Shown here: positions 38,982 through 50,059 of the stretch, piece after piece
How positions within the stretch are numbered: the stretch's first letter is position 1
How the letters are laid out: each line of letters opens with the position of its first letter
Assembly (NCBI GenBank): GCA_963798915.1
Contig: CAWCVB010000003.1
Location: forward strand, 120,282-184,281
Source: an uncultured Gemmatimonadales bacterium
GTDB taxonomy: Bacteria; Gemmatimonadota; Gemmatimonadetes; Gemmatimonadales; GWC2-71-9
DNA: 64,000 bases
Direction: 5' to 3'
Notes under the pieces: generated by a model
Seen by the model: only the letters and a program-made list of their open reading frames with translations
Database searches by the model: none
What the model was told of the DNA's origin: nothing
Translations under genes and position numbers: made by a program

Positions 38982-39905
38982 TCAACTGACGACTGAAGAC
39001 TGATGACCGACGACCAGCATAGCCATCAGGGCCTTCTGTGCATGCAGCCGATTCTCCGCTTCGTCAAATACGCGGGAGCGGGGTCCTTCGATCACTGCGT
39101 CGGTCACTTCCTCACCCCGGTGGGCGGGGAGGCAGTGCAGGAAGATGGCATCCTTGGCCGCCTGGGCCATGAGCGCCTCGTCCACCGTGAAGCCGGTGAA
39201 GGCTCGCTCGCGCGCCTGCTGCTCCTCCTCCTGCCCCATCGAGGCCCAGACGTCGGTATTCACGACATGGGCACCGGAGACGGCCGCACGCGGGTCGCGG
39301 TGCAGCGAGACGGGTGCGAGCGCCTGGTTCCGTTCCAGGATGCCGGCATCCGGATCGTACCCTTCCGGGCAGGCCAGCCGCAACTCGAAACCGAGCACAC
39401 CGGCCGCATTGATCCAGCTGTGTGCCATGTTATTGCCATCACCGACCCACGCGACCACCCGGCCCTCCCAGGTGCCGAAGTTTTCGCACAGTGTCAGCAG
39501 GTCTGCCAGCACCTGGCAGGGGTGCAGCAGGTCGGTGAGGCCGTTGATGATCGGAATGGTGGCATAGCGCGCCAGCTCTTCGACGTCGGCGTGGGCAAAA
39601 GTTCGGATCATGATCAGGTCGAGATAGCGCGAGAGCACCCGCGCCGTGTCCTTGATCGGCTCGCCACGGCCGAGCTGGATGTCCCGGCTGCTGAGAAAAA
39701 TGGCCCGCCCGCCCAGCTGCGCCGCGCCCACTTCGAACGACACGCGCGTGCGCGTGGAACTCTTGGTGAAGATCATGCCCAGGGTGCGGCCGGCCAGCGG
39801 CTGCTCGGCGGACTGGCCACGCTTCATCTGCAGGGCGAGGTCAAGCAGCTGCGTCAGTTCGGTGCGGGACAAATCGGGAATGGCGAGGAAATCGCGCTTC
39901 GGCAT
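38982..39905 (-). CDS. argF: Ornithine carbamoyltransferase
   Basis: STRTR, HPCQ, TDVWASMG, HCLP, EAENRLH. Confidence 0.97.
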   Translation of the reverse strand: MPKRDFLAIPDLSRTELTQLLDLALQMKRGQSAEQPLAGRTLGMIFTKSSTRTRVSFEVGAAQLGGRAIFLSSRDIQLGRGEPIKDTARVLSRYLDLIMIRTFAHADVEELARYATIPIINGLTDLLHPCQVLADLLTLCENFGTWEGRVVAWVGDGNNMAHSWINAAGVLGFELRLACPEGYDPDAGILERNQALAPVSLHRDPRAAVSGAHVVNTDVWASMGQEEEQQARERAFTGFTVDEALMAQAAKDAIFLHCLPAHRGEEVTDAVIEGPRSRVFDEAENRLHAQKALMAMLVVGHQSSVVS

Positions 39906-39972
39906 GGGGACTCGGGAGTCGGGGCCGGGACCTCGGGACGGCGTCAAAGATAACCCGGATCGACCGGAGCGC

Positions 39973-40809
39973 TCAGCGCTCAGCGCTCAGCGCCTCCCGC
40001 ATCTCCGCGGCCGTCTGCCATCGGTCGGCCGGCGCCTTGGCCAACCCACGGGCAATGACGTCCCCAAGGCCAACCGGCGCGTCCGACCGAAAGATGCGAA
40101 CGTCGGGCGCCGGCCGGTTGAGCTGCTCCTGCACCAGGAGCGCCTCATTGGGGTTGGAGAACGGCGGCCGACCGGCAAGGCACTCGAAGAGCACGCAGGC
40201 AGTCGCGTAGAGATCCGACCGCGGATCCATCTCCTCCTCGCCGTTGGCCTGCTCCGGACTCATGTACGCGGCGGTCCCCACCGCCATCCCCGAGCGCGTG
40301 ACCCGGTCGGCGGCGGAGGCCTCGACCGCCCGCGCAATGCCGAAGTCCACCAGCACCACACCCGTCGGCGAGATGATGAGATTGTCCGGCTTGACGTCGC
40401 GATGCACCACGCCATGCGCGTGGGCGGCCGCGAGTGCCTCCAGGATTTCTCGCCCGACCCGAATGGTGTCCGCGATGGCGAGGTGCCGCACGCTCTGGAG
40501 GCACGTTCGCAAGCTGGCGCCCTGGATGAAGGGCATGACAAAGTAGATGACCCAGTCGCGCTCGCCCCAATCGAGGATGCCCGCAATGCGCGGGTGCCTG
40601 ATGGCGGACGCAATACGGATTTCGCGAAGGAAGCGTTCCGCCTGGATCCCGGCGCGCAACTCGGGGTGCAGGACCTTCAGCGCCACCTCACAACCCTGGG
40701 GATCGATGGCGAGAAATACCCGGGCTGCCCCACCGCGCCCGATCTCACGCTGGACAGTGTAGAGGTTGCCCAGCGCGTCACGAACGCGGGGGAGCAGGTC
40801 ACGAGGCAT
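39973..40809 (-). CDS. Hanks-type Ser/Thr kinase, catalytic domain only
   Basis: IGRGG, VALK, HRDVKPDN, DFG, GTAAYMSPE. Confidence 0.92.
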   Translation of the reverse strand: MPRDLLPRVRDALGNLYTVQREIGRGGAARVFLAIDPQGCEVALKVLHPELRAGIQAERFLREIRIASAIRHPRIAGILDWGERDWVIYFVMPFIQGASLRTCLQSVRHLAIADTIRVGREILEALAAAHAHGVVHRDVKPDNLIISPTGVVLVDFGIARAVEASAADRVTRSGMAVGTAAYMSPEQANGEEEMDPRSDLYATACVLFECLAGRPPFSNPNEALLVQEQLNRPAPDVRIFRSDAPVGLGDVIARGLAKAPADRWQTAAEMREALSAER

Positions 40810-40820
40810 CCTGACAGCGC

Positions 40821-41063
40821 TCAGCGAGTCAGAATCGGCACCACGAGACGTATGGTGCGAGTGCGCCCCCTCCTGCGCAATGGCGGCGGCGGCGGCGGGG
40901 GCTTCGTGGTACTGAGCGCCACCGCAACCGCCTGCTCGACCTGACCCTGGCTCCAGGCCCAAAGGGACAACGCGTCCACTCGTGCATTCAATGCCTCCCA
41001 CTGTCGCTGGCTGATTGCGGCCATGCCGGCCGGCCGCCGCGCCACTCGCCGTTTCGCGCCCAT
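40821..41063 (-). CDS. Small protein with a poly-Pro tract
   Basis: SD GAGGAGG 5 nt before ATG; fills the gap between two kinase genes; KPPPPPPP. Confidence 0.65.
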   Translation of the reverse strand: MGAKRRVARRPAGMAAISQRQWEALNARVDALSLWAWSQGQVEQAVAVALSTTKPPPPPPPLRRRGRTRTIRLVVPILTR

Positions 41064-41083
41064 GTGTTCCTCCTCATCGGGGT

Positions 41084-43997
41084 CTAGTGCGTCGCCGTGC
41101 CATTCGGTATCCGGCGCGCATCCGCCGTTCCGAAGCCTGCAAGGCGTCTGCGTAAGGCTGCCGCTCTGGCAGCGTTACCCAATTGCTCTGCCGCACGCCG
41201 CCGAACCTCGATGGCGCGGGGCAGAAAAGTCAGAAAGGAGAGCGATTGTGAGCCGTCCAGAACCGCCGCGACCTCGGCCGCCCGAGCCGGATGGCCGCTG
41301 GCCAGGAGCAGTTCGGCCAGTTGCACACGCTCCGGCGCCAGGGCGTCCCACGCTCCCCACACCAGCGTGTCGAGTGGCACGACGCTCCGCAGATTTGCAA
41401 ACAGCTTCAGCGCCGCCGCCGAGTCACCGCCGAGCAGGACCAGATGTGCCGTGAGTGCACGCACCAGCAGAGAGTCGCTCGGGGCTCGGCTTCGGGCGGC
41501 AATCGCCTTGGCGCTGTCGAGGACCCACCGTAACCGGAGCGTATCTCCTCGATGGGCCGACCACTGGCCCAGGTACCAGAGACGCGACGCACCCAGGCGA
41601 GCAGGCGCAGAGAGCATGGTTGCCGCCGCGCTCTCGGCCGGCGCCATGAGACTGCCGCCCGCAACATCGTCGACGAGATAGAACATGCGCGCGGCCGGAA
41701 TCGACGATTGCGCCGAGTCCACCATCCGGACCAGCTCGGCGTCGCGGCCGGAGGCGGCCAGGATGGCAGTCAACCCGATCAGCGCTCCCCACTGATACGC
41801 GGGTGAGGCATCGGCATGATCCAGCACCGAGCGGAAGCCGCTCTCGGCGCACTGCAAATGGCTGCCGCCGGCGGCCAGCCCCTGCGCCGCCATCAACACG
41901 GCGTCCGGAGTACTCCCGGCGGCCCGATCCCAGATGGCTGAACCGGGGCCGGTCTGGATGCAGTCGCGCATGAGCAGCAACGGCACGACCAGTGCACTGT
42001 CAGCTCCGATTCGCTCGAGGCGTTTGATGATCAGGGTCGCGTGGCTCAGATCACCGCGGCGGAACATGAGGTCAGCCAGATGCGTGAGCGGAGGCGAGAA
42101 GCCCGGATCGAGTTCGGCCGCGCGGGTGAATGCCACCTCCGCCAGGGAGTCGAGATTTCCGTCACCGGGCAACAGATGGTAGTAGATCTCGCCTCGCACC
42201 ACCCACGCGTCCGCCCACAGTGAATCCGCCGCCAGGGCGCGCTCGATGCTCGCCAGCGCCGACTCCGCCTTGCCGCTGCCGAAGGCCGCAAACGCTGCGG
42301 CAAAATCGCTGAACCGAGCCGGCAGGAAAGCCAGCGTGGCGCTGCGCCAGCTCGGCCAAGGCGACGGCATCCTCCTGCCTGGCCTCCCACCCGGCAGCCT
42401 GTGCCGCACTCAGCGCCGCCAACGCGAGCGTGGAGTCGCGGGCAAGTGCGTGCTGGTAGTATTCGAGAGCCAAATCGAAGTGACCTTCGCGGTAGGCCCG
42501 ATCACCCTGAAGCCAGTTGGCCAGCGCGCCCGGATCGCGGTCGGCCAGCGAAAGCAGTACCTGGGAATCGAGCTGGCGGCCCGGGGCGAGCAGCGACGGT
42601 AGCAGCTGGGTCAGCACGCCGAGCGCCGGCCAGGAGAGCGAAGCCTGGCTGGAGGCAGCAGCGCGACTCACCTGGCGCACCAGCGTGTCACCCTGGCTGT
42701 CATAGAGACGGAGCACCACCGTCACAGAGTCCGAGCCACTCACAACGGCCCCGTCCATGTAATACCGGGCGTGTGCGCGTCGCGCCAGTGCCCGTTCGGT
42801 GCTGGCGGGCACGCCGGTCGGCGCGGCACGCTGGCTGGTGTTCAGGAGTGTCCAGCCGTCGATCCAGCTGAGCGGATCGGTATGCTGCAACGCATGGCCC
42901 AGGAGCAGCGCTACCGACTGACCCAGGTCGCCCGCCGCGGGCCCGCCGGTCTCCGACAGCGGAAACACCACCACCCGGTTGCGGTCCAGCACGGGCTCGG
43001 GCCACACGAGCAGGGCAATCACGGCGAGCACGGCCAGGATCAGCACGCCCCCGCCGAGCAGGCGATATCGGGAGCGCATCGGCTGCGGTGTATGCCGGCC
43101 TCCGTCCAGGATCGGCACGCGCGAATCACCCGCGATCTGATCCAGTTCGTCTGCCAAGTCGTCAGCCGATTGGAAGCGGTCCGCCGGGAGCTTGGCGAGC
43201 GAGCGGTCGAGCAGCTGCTGCAGCCGGAGCGGCACCGTGGGACGAACCAGTCGGACCGAACGCGGCGTCTCCAGCCGGTGGCGAGCTGTCATGACCTGGG
43301 CCGACGGCCCGGTAAAGGGCGGCTCGCCGAGCAGCATTTCATAGAGCACGCAGCCGAGCGAGTAGATGTCGCTGCGACCGTCAACATCGGAGCCGGCCAG
43401 CTGCTCCGGACTCATGTACGTGGGCGTGCCGATGGTGAGCCCTGGCAGACTGAGGTCGTCGCTGGCCACATTGAGCGCGCGCGCAATGCCGAAGTCGGCC
43501 ACCACGGGCTCACCTTCAGCCAGCAGGATATTTTCGGGCTTGATGTCGCGATGCACGACGCCATGAGCATGGGCATAGGCGAGCGCCTCGCTTACCCGAT
43601 GCGCAATCCGCACTGCATCCGCCACCGGCAGCTGGCCCTCGCGACGAATCCGGTCACGTACCGTGCCACCCGCGATGTACGGCATGGTGAAGAACAACAG
43701 GGTGGACGGTCGACTGTTGACAGCGGACGGATGATCGTCGACCAACAGCGTCCCCGAGTCGAACAGCGGCAGGATATGCGGATGGGTCAGCTGGGCTGCG
43801 ATGTCGATTTCACGCAGGAAACGGCCGACGCCGATGGACAGGGCCAGCTCGGGCTGCAGCACCTTGAGGGCAACGGCCCGATGGTGCCGGGAATCGCGGG
43901 CCAGGTAGACGATGGCCATGCCGCCGCGACCCAGCTCGCGCTCAACCTGATAACGATCCGCTACAACGGTGTCCAGCAGACTGGGTGACCGGGTCAT
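41084..43997 (-). CDS. Membrane Ser/Thr kinase with TPR-like C-terminus; frameshift near 42335
   Basis: LGRGGM, HRDIKPEN, DFG, GTPTYMSPE, one TM helix; two overlapping ORFs join into one protein. Confidence 0.88.
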
Positions 43998-44156
43998 CCG
44001 GCCGTCCTGTGGCTTGCGGTGCTCTAGAATACCGCCTCGCCCGTCAGCCCGAAAGCCAGATGGGTCCGCCGGGAGCCGGCGGTGCGGTTCCGGGCGCGGC
44101 GAGGCTTCGCGTCCCCTGCCTTACCCGCGGGTATGCTGCCGGTTACTTTCTACCGT

Positions 44157-44525
44157 ATGTCTCGGTCGATCCGGTCCGGCCGGCTCTCCGCCCTCTGCTG
44201 CCTGCTGGCAGCGATCGTCGCCCTGGCGCCGTCGCTGCCGTGCATGCTGATGTGCGCCAGCAAGGCCCATCAAGCCCAGATGCAGCACATGCACGGCCAT
44301 GGCATGGCGGCCCCGGATCAGGCCTCGATGCCGTGCAACGGAGAACACCTCCCGGCCCCGCTGGCCTCGGTGGTCACCAGCCTCGCCGCCACGACCATGC
44401 TGCCCCCGACGCTGGCACCCCAGATCATCGGTGCTGTCGGGCGGCGCACCGACACATTGCCGCAGGGAATCCCACCACTCGCACCTCGGCTCCTGCCCGA
44501 GCCTCCGCCTCCGCGCCTGTCCTGA
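44157..44525 (+). CDS. DUF2946-like Cys/His/Met-rich protein with C-terminal Pro-rich motif
   Basis: Hydrophobic N-terminus, CMLMC, HQAQMQHMHGHGM, ends PEPPPPRLS; precedes a porin gene. Confidence 0.65.
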   Translation: MSRSIRSGRLSALCCLLAAIVALAPSLPCMLMCASKAHQAQMQHMHGHGMAAPDQASMPCNGEHLPAPLASVVTSLAATTMLPPTLAPQIIGAVGRRTDTLPQGIPPLAPRLLPEPPPPRLS

Positions 44526-44598
44526 GAACGTATCGCTGACATGCCGGCTGCCGCACCTGGCGCCGGCTCACGATTTCTGTTCAACGGAGGCAGGAGAC

Positions 44599-45741
44599 AT
44601 GAAGGCGAAAGCCGGCATGGCCGGTCTGAGCGCGCTTTGGTTGGCGCTCATGCTCAGCCACCCTATTCCAGCGCAGGCGCAGGACAGCACCACCACAACC
44701 GACACTCCCATCTCGCTTGGCGGCGGCGGCGGACCCGACAACCTCGCCGAAACGGGCCTCAGTGTCACCGCCTTCGGTGTGGCCGACTACCATGTTGATG
44801 CCCGCACCAGCGAGAACAGCTTTGGCGCCGGCAAGTTCGCCGTGGGACTGTTCCGGGAGCTGGGCGACTACACCTACGTCTACGGCCAGCTCACGACGGC
44901 CGTGACCGAGGAAGGTGGCGAGGGAGCCACCGAAACTGAAATCGACAATCTGCTGGTGTCCACCAGCATCCCTGGCGCGACGGCCGTCTCGCTCACGCTG
45001 GGCAAGGTGGACCTGCCCATCGGCTTCGAGCGCGACGACGAGCCGCTGCAATTCCTCGCGAGTCCGAGCTACAACTTCGAGCTGGCCCGCCCGGTGAAGC
45101 TGGTCGGCGTGATGGGCTCCTGGAACGCCGCAGCATCCCTCTCGCTTGAGGGATTCCTGTTCAATGGGTGGGACGACGGGCCCGACCAGAATCATGGCAA
45201 GACGGTCGGTGCCCGGATTGGCACCCTGCCCGCGACGGGTGTGACCCTTGGCGTGAGCGGCCTCTATGGCCCGGAAGGCGAAGCAGGCGCGACCCACAAT
45301 CGCTTCCTGCTGAACGCGGACTATGCCTGGCAGCCGACCTGGGACTGGATCCTGGCAGGCGAAGCGAATTACGGTGGCGACCGCCAGATCATGGAGGACG
45401 GCAGCGATGCCACCTGGTCGGGTGCCATGCTTACCCTGCTGCACCAGTTCACCACTCACCTTGCCGTCGCGGCCCGCGCCGAGGTCTTTCGCGACAGGGA
45501 TGGCGCGCGCACCGGGCTGATGCAGACGCTTTCGTCCTACAGTCTGGCCCCCCTCTTCTCGATGGGGGTCGGCCAGGATGGCATGTTCGCCAATGTGCAG
45601 CACACCACGTTCCGCATTCCCCGTCTCCAGCTCCGTGCCGAGGCCCGGCTTAACCACTCGACCCTGCCAGTCTTCGAGACGTCGGATGGCCTGAGCCAGT
45701 GGGGCACCGAGTTCCGCCTGGCAGCCGTCACCACCTTCTGA
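44599..45741 (+). CDS. Outer-membrane beta-barrel porin (BBP2/porin-O-like)
   Basis: SD AGGAG; signal peptide; LGKVDLPIGFE, NGWD..DQNHGK; C-terminal Phe. Confidence 0.8.
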   Translation: MKAKAGMAGLSALWLALMLSHPIPAQAQDSTTTTDTPISLGGGGGPDNLAETGLSVTAFGVADYHVDARTSENSFGAGKFAVGLFRELGDYTYVYGQLTTAVTEEGGEGATETEIDNLLVSTSIPGATAVSLTLGKVDLPIGFERDDEPLQFLASPSYNFELARPVKLVGVMGSWNAAASLSLEGFLFNGWDDGPDQNHGKTVGARIGTLPATGVTLGVSGLYGPEGEAGATHNRFLLNADYAWQPTWDWILAGEANYGGDRQIMEDGSDATWSGAMLTLLHQFTTHLAVAARAEVFRDRDGARTGLMQTLSSYSLAPLFSMGVGQDGMFANVQHTTFRIPRLQLRAEARLNHSTLPVFETSDGLSQWGTEFRLAAVTTF

Positions 45742-45748
45742 GGGCGCC

Positions 45749-46315
45749 ATGGGACTCTATCGTCTTCGCGATTGCGATCGCTCCGTCAAACTGGCCGCCG
45801 TGCTCTTCCTGCTGATGCTGGGTTACGCCTACATCTTTGCCTTCTTCATGGTAAAGACCTGGGCGGGGCTCACGCCGGCCGACGTCAAGGCGACCTACGT
45901 GCCGGCCGCGACCGTCTCGGAAGGCGCCATGCCAATGGAGAGCTCGTCCAGCAACCAGCCGCTCGACCTGAGCGCAGTTCCTGAGATGAAGCATACGGTG
46001 GATACGCCGTTGCTGATCCAGGACAGCCACATTCACATCATGATCTTTTCGCTGGTGGCGGCGCTCGAGACGCTGGTCATCTTCGGCCTGGAGTGGGGAC
46101 CGCTGTTCCGTAACCTGGTCATTCTGTCAGCCTTCGGATTTGGTGCGCTCGATTTCGCGGGCCAATGGCTCATGAAGGCGGGCATCAGCGGTTTTGCCTG
46201 GCTCACCATCGCGTCCGGCTGGGGCATGGCAGCCACCTACCTGATCATTCTCATCGGCACGCTGCGCGCCGTGACTCGGCCCGCCTCGCGCCTCGATACA
46301 AGGAGTTTCTCATGA
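45749..46315 (+). CDS. Membrane protein, about 4 TM, with His motif
   Basis: Hydrophobic helices; IQDSHIHI. Confidence 0.75.
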   Translation: MGLYRLRDCDRSVKLAAVLFLLMLGYAYIFAFFMVKTWAGLTPADVKATYVPAATVSEGAMPMESSSSNQPLDLSAVPEMKHTVDTPLLIQDSHIHIMIFSLVAALETLVIFGLEWGPLFRNLVILSAFGFGALDFAGQWLMKAGISGFAWLTIASGWGMAATYLIILIGTLRAVTRPASRLDTRSFS

Positions 46316-46875
46316 AGACACGCTGGATCACGGCGGCGGCGCTCATTCTGCCGCTCGCCGCTGCCGCACATCCCACCCCGGTCGTGAAGCTGGTGGAACA
46401 TGCGGACGCCATTCGCCAGAGTCTGCCTGGTGCGGAGCGGTACTTTGTGCACACGGTCACCATTGGCCGGAGCGACCTGGCCACGATCCGCAAGGCCGTG
46501 AAGTACACCCCCGACAGCCCGGAAGTGCGGTTCTACATCGGCAAGCAGGCCGATGGCGACAACGTCGGGGCCGTGCTCTTCCCGCAGGCCAACTCCCCCC
46601 ACGGGCCGGTGGAAGTCGCTCTCGCCATGACGCCGGACGGCCGAATCGGGAAGGTCACGGTGACGCGGGCCACGGTGGAGACCAAGCCGTGGGTGGAGGA
46701 GGCCATCGAGACCGGCTTCCTGGACCAGCTGAAGGGGCTCACGCCGGACGACAACCCGGCCAAGGCGGTGGCGCCGCTCAAGGGCCGACTGGCGTCGATG
46801 CCCTACTATGAGGCGGTGATGATTGCGACCGCAGTCCGGAAGGGGCTGGTGATGTACGGGGTGTTGTACAGGTAA
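46312..46875 (+). CDS. Periplasmic FMN-binding-domain-like protein
   Basis: Signal peptide; HGPVEVALAMTPDGRIGKVTV..E, FLDQLKG; ATGA overlap with the upstream gene. Confidence 0.65.
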   Translation: MKTRWITAAALILPLAAAAHPTPVVKLVEHADAIRQSLPGAERYFVHTVTIGRSDLATIRKAVKYTPDSPEVRFYIGKQADGDNVGAVLFPQANSPHGPVEVALAMTPDGRIGKVTVTRATVETKPWVEEAIETGFLDQLKGLTPDDNPAKAVAPLKGRLASMPYYEAVMIATAVRKGLVMYGVLYR

Positions 46876-46876
46876 T

Positions 46877-46915
46877 AGGGGCCCGGCTTGCCGGGCCCGG
46901 CAAGCCGGGGCCCCT
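46877..46915. terminator. Long hairpin between convergent genes
   Basis: AGGGGCCCGGCTTGCCG-ggcc-CGGCAAGCCGGGGCCCCT. Confidence 0.65.
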
Positions 46916-46923
46916 GCTGCGGG

Positions 46924-48365
46924 TCACAAAATATACCGTCGCAAGTCGTCGTCCCCGATGACGGCTGCCAGGCGATCCGCGGACTCGCTGGGCGTCAAAG
47001 ACGATGCTTCTTGCTGGCGAGTTCCGGCAGGTCAAACAACGTGTCCTCCATCAGGGTGGCGAGGACGGTGTGCAACCGGCGCGCGCCAATGTTCTCCATC
47101 CGGTCGTTGGCCTGGCAGGCCAGCCGGGCCACTTCCACGATGGCGTCGTCCGTGAAGGAGAGTTCGGCGCCTTCGGCCGCGACCAGCGCCTGATACTGCC
47201 GGGTGAGGGAATTTTCCGGTTCGGTCATGATCCTGACGAAGTCGCCCTCGGTCAGCGGCGTGAGTTCGACCCGGATGGGAAAGCGGCCCTGTAATTCGGG
47301 AATCAGGTCGGAGGGCTTGGAGACGTGGAACGCGCCGGCGGCAATGAAGAGGATATGGTCGCTCCGCACGTAGCCATAGCGGGTCTGCACCGTGGAGCCT
47401 TCCACGATCGGCAGGAGGTCGCGCTGGACGCCTTCGCGTGAGACGTCGGGTCCCGCCTGGGACCGCTCGCCCGCGATCTTGTCAATCTCGTCAATGAAGA
47501 TGATGCCGTGGTTCTCCACCCGGTCGAGCGCCTCGTTCACCACGTCGTCCATGTCCACCAGCTTCTTCAGCTCCTCGTCCACCAAGACTCGGCGCGCTTC
47601 AGGGACACCAAGGGTGCGGCGCTTGCTGCGCCGCGGCATCATGTCCTGCAGCATCTCGGTGAAGTTGATGTCCATGCCTTCCATGCCCTGCGGTGGCATC
47701 ATCTCGAACATGGGATAGTTCTGGGGCACGACCTCGATGTCCACCTTGCGTTCGTCGAGCGCGCCGTCGAGGAGGAGCTTGCGGAGCTTCTCCCTGGTGC
47801 GGTCGCGGCTCTCCTCGCCAGGCGCGGGACGTTGCGCCTCTCCGCTGGGGCTCACCACGAAGGCGGCCGGGGTGCTGCGCTCCGACGGCGCCTCGGGTGG
47901 CGCCGGGAGCAGCAAGTCGAGCAGCCGTTCCTCGGCACTGCCCTCCGCCTGGGGATAGACCTCGTCCTCCCGCTCGCTTCGCACCATGTTGATGGCCGAG
48001 TCGACCAGGTCGCGGATCATCGACTCGGCATCCCGGCCGACGTAGCCGACTTCGGTAAACTTCGACGCCTCGACCTTGAGGAATGGCGCTCCCGAGAGCC
48101 GCGCCAGCCGGCGCGCCACTTCGGTCTTGCCCACCCCCGTCGGGCCGATCATGATGATGTTGTAGGGCGTGATTTCGTCCCGGATATCCTCGGGCGTCTG
48201 GGCGCGGCGCCACCGGTTGCGTACGGCGATGGCCACCGCCCGCTTGGCCGCGTCCTGGCCCACGATATACCGATCCAGCTCCGCCACGATCTGGCGGGGC
48301 GGCAGCTCCTCGAGCCACGGGGTGGGCTCGGGCGGGGAGGAGGGTTCGAGAGATGTATCAGTCAT
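46924..48365 (-). CDS. hslU: ATP-dependent protease ATPase subunit; indels near 46980 and 47010
   Basis: [34 protein letters not shown]; canonical end DDLRRYIL* recovered in a shifted frame. Confidence 0.96.
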
Positions 48366-48373
48366 CGCCTAAA

Positions 48374-48597
48374 GTCGAGGGTCGAGGGTCGAGGGTCGAG
48401 GGTCGAGCGTCGAGCGTCGAGCGTCGAGCGTCGAGGGTGCGTCATTGCGAGGGCCAACGGCCCGAAGCAATGACGTGTCCGGGGCTACCCGATTGCTTCG
48501 TCGGCGGCAATGCCGCCTCCTCGCAATGACGCGCTTTCAGCCTTCAGCCTTCAGCCTTCAGCCTTCAGCCTTCAGCCTTCAGCCTTCAGCCTTCAGC
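48374..48597. repeat. (GTCGAGS) x9, REP doublet 48441-48530 and (TTCAGCC) x8
   Basis: Fills the entire hslV-hslU spacer. Confidence 0.92.
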
Positions 48598-49124
48598 TCC
48601 AATATCGTGATATTCCGGTTCGTGAACACACAGATGTCCGCGGCGATCTCCAGGGAGCGGCGGACGATCTCGCCGACCGGCAGCGAGTCCATCGCCAGCA
48701 GGGCACGCGCAGCCGCCAGCGCAAAGTTGCCACCCGAGCCGATGGCGGCGATGCCATCATCCGGCTCGATGAGCTCACCGCCGCCGCTCACCACGAAGGT
48801 GTGCTCAGGATCGGCCAGCACCAGCAGTGCATCCAGGCGCCGAAGCACCCGGTCGCTGCGCCAGTCCTTGGCCAGCTCCACCGCAGCCCGTGGAAGGTTG
48901 CCGGAATAGCGCTCGATCTTCTCCTCGAATTTCTCGAACAGCGTGAGTGCATCGGCCACCGAGCCGGCAAAGCCGGCCAGCACCCGGCCGCCCTTGAGCG
49001 TCCGAACCTTGACCGAGCGCGCCTTCATGACCGTTTCACCGATGGTCACCTGGCCGTCCCCGCCGACAGCAACCCGCCCATCCCGGCGCACGGCGATGAT
49101 CGTCGTCCCGTGAAATTCCTGCAT
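48579..49124 (-). CDS. hslV: ATP-dependent protease peptidase subunit
   Basis: [37 protein letters not shown]. Confidence 0.97.
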   Translation of the reverse strand: MQEFHGTTIIAVRRDGRVAVGGDGQVTIGETVMKARSVKVRTLKGGRVLAGFAGSVADALTLFEKFEEKIERYSGNLPRAAVELAKDWRSDRVLRRLDALLVLADPEHTFVVSGGGELIEPDDGIAAIGSGGNFALAAARALLAMDSLPVGEIVRRSLEIAADICVFTNRNITILELKAEG

Positions 49125-49135
49125 GGCGACTCCGC

Positions 49136-50059
49136 TCACCCGCCGCGCGGGTGGGCCTGCTGGTAAACCTGCTTCAGCCGTTCGACACTTGTGTGCGTGT
49201 AGATCTGGGTCGTGCTCAGCGAGGCGTGACCCAGCAGCTCCTGCACCGCGCGCAGGTCCGCACCGGCATCGAGCATATGGGTTGCGAAGCTGTGTCGCAA
49301 CGAATGCACGCTCAGCGCATCGCCGCCGACGCCGTCCAGAAGGCGGTGCATGGCTCGCTGGATGCTCCGGGTCGAGAGTCGCCGGCCCCGCCGGCTCAGG
49401 AACACGGCCTGGCGATCGGCATCGCGCTTCCCCGCCGGCGGCTCGCGCAAGGCAAGGTAGCGCCGCAAGGCAAGAACGGCACGCGAACCGACCGGCACGA
49501 TCCGTTCCTTGCGACCCTTGCCAAGTACCCGGGCCTGATCCGAGAGCAGGTCGAGCGCCCGAAGGTCGAGGCCCGCGAGTTCTGACAGTCGCATGCCGGT
49601 GGAATAGAACAGCTCCAGCATGGCCAGGTCCCGCACCGCCTCGAAGTCGTCGCCTTCGCTTCGCGACTCGGCGTACTCGAAGAGACGAGCCGCCTGCCCG
49701 CGATCCAGGTAGCCCGGCAGGCGCTTCTCCAGCTTGGGCATCCGTGCTGCCCGGGGTGCCGGATTCACGACGCCTTCGTGATCGGCAAGGTAGCGGAAGA
49801 GACTGCGGACGGCGCTGAGGGCCCGGGCCGCCGACCGCCTGGAGAGGCCGCGCCGCTGCATGTCGGCCAGGAAGCCGCGGATGCCGAGGCGGTCGATGCT
49901 GGTCCATGACCAGTCGCCATAGTGCCGCCCGCAGAACTCCTCGAACTGCGCCAGGTCACGGCCGTAGGCCGCGACGGTGTTCGGGCTCCGCTGCCGCTCT
50001 TTTTCGAGATGCAGCAGGAACTGCGTGGCCTCCGGCCGTAGCGTTGGTGCCTTCACCAT
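49136..50059 (-). CDS. xerC: Tyrosine recombinase XerC
   Basis: [37 protein letters not shown]; between trmFO and hslV. Confidence 0.92.
   Translation of the reverse strand: MVKAPTLRPEATQFLLHLEKERQRSPNTVAAYGRDLAQFEEFCGRHYGDWSWTSIDRLGIRGFLADMQRRGLSRRSAARALSAVRSLFRYLADHEGVVNPAPRAARMPKLEKRLPGYLDRGQAARLFEYAESRSEGDDFEAVRDLAMLELFYSTGMRLSELAGLDLRALDLLSDQARVLGKGRKERIVPVGSRAVLALRRYLALREPPAGKRDADRQAVFLSRRGRRLSTRSIQRAMHRLLDGVGGDALSVHSLRHSFATHMLDAGADLRAVQELLGHASLSTTQIYTHTSVERLKQVYQQAHPRGG

Noticed and set aside
48374..48597. Tandem arrays as CRISPR
   Set aside because: 7-9 nt contiguous units with no unique spacers and no cas genes
49136..50059. Tyrosine recombinase as an island integrase
   Set aside because: Housekeeping topA-trmFO-xerC-hslVU context; no att sites or cargo
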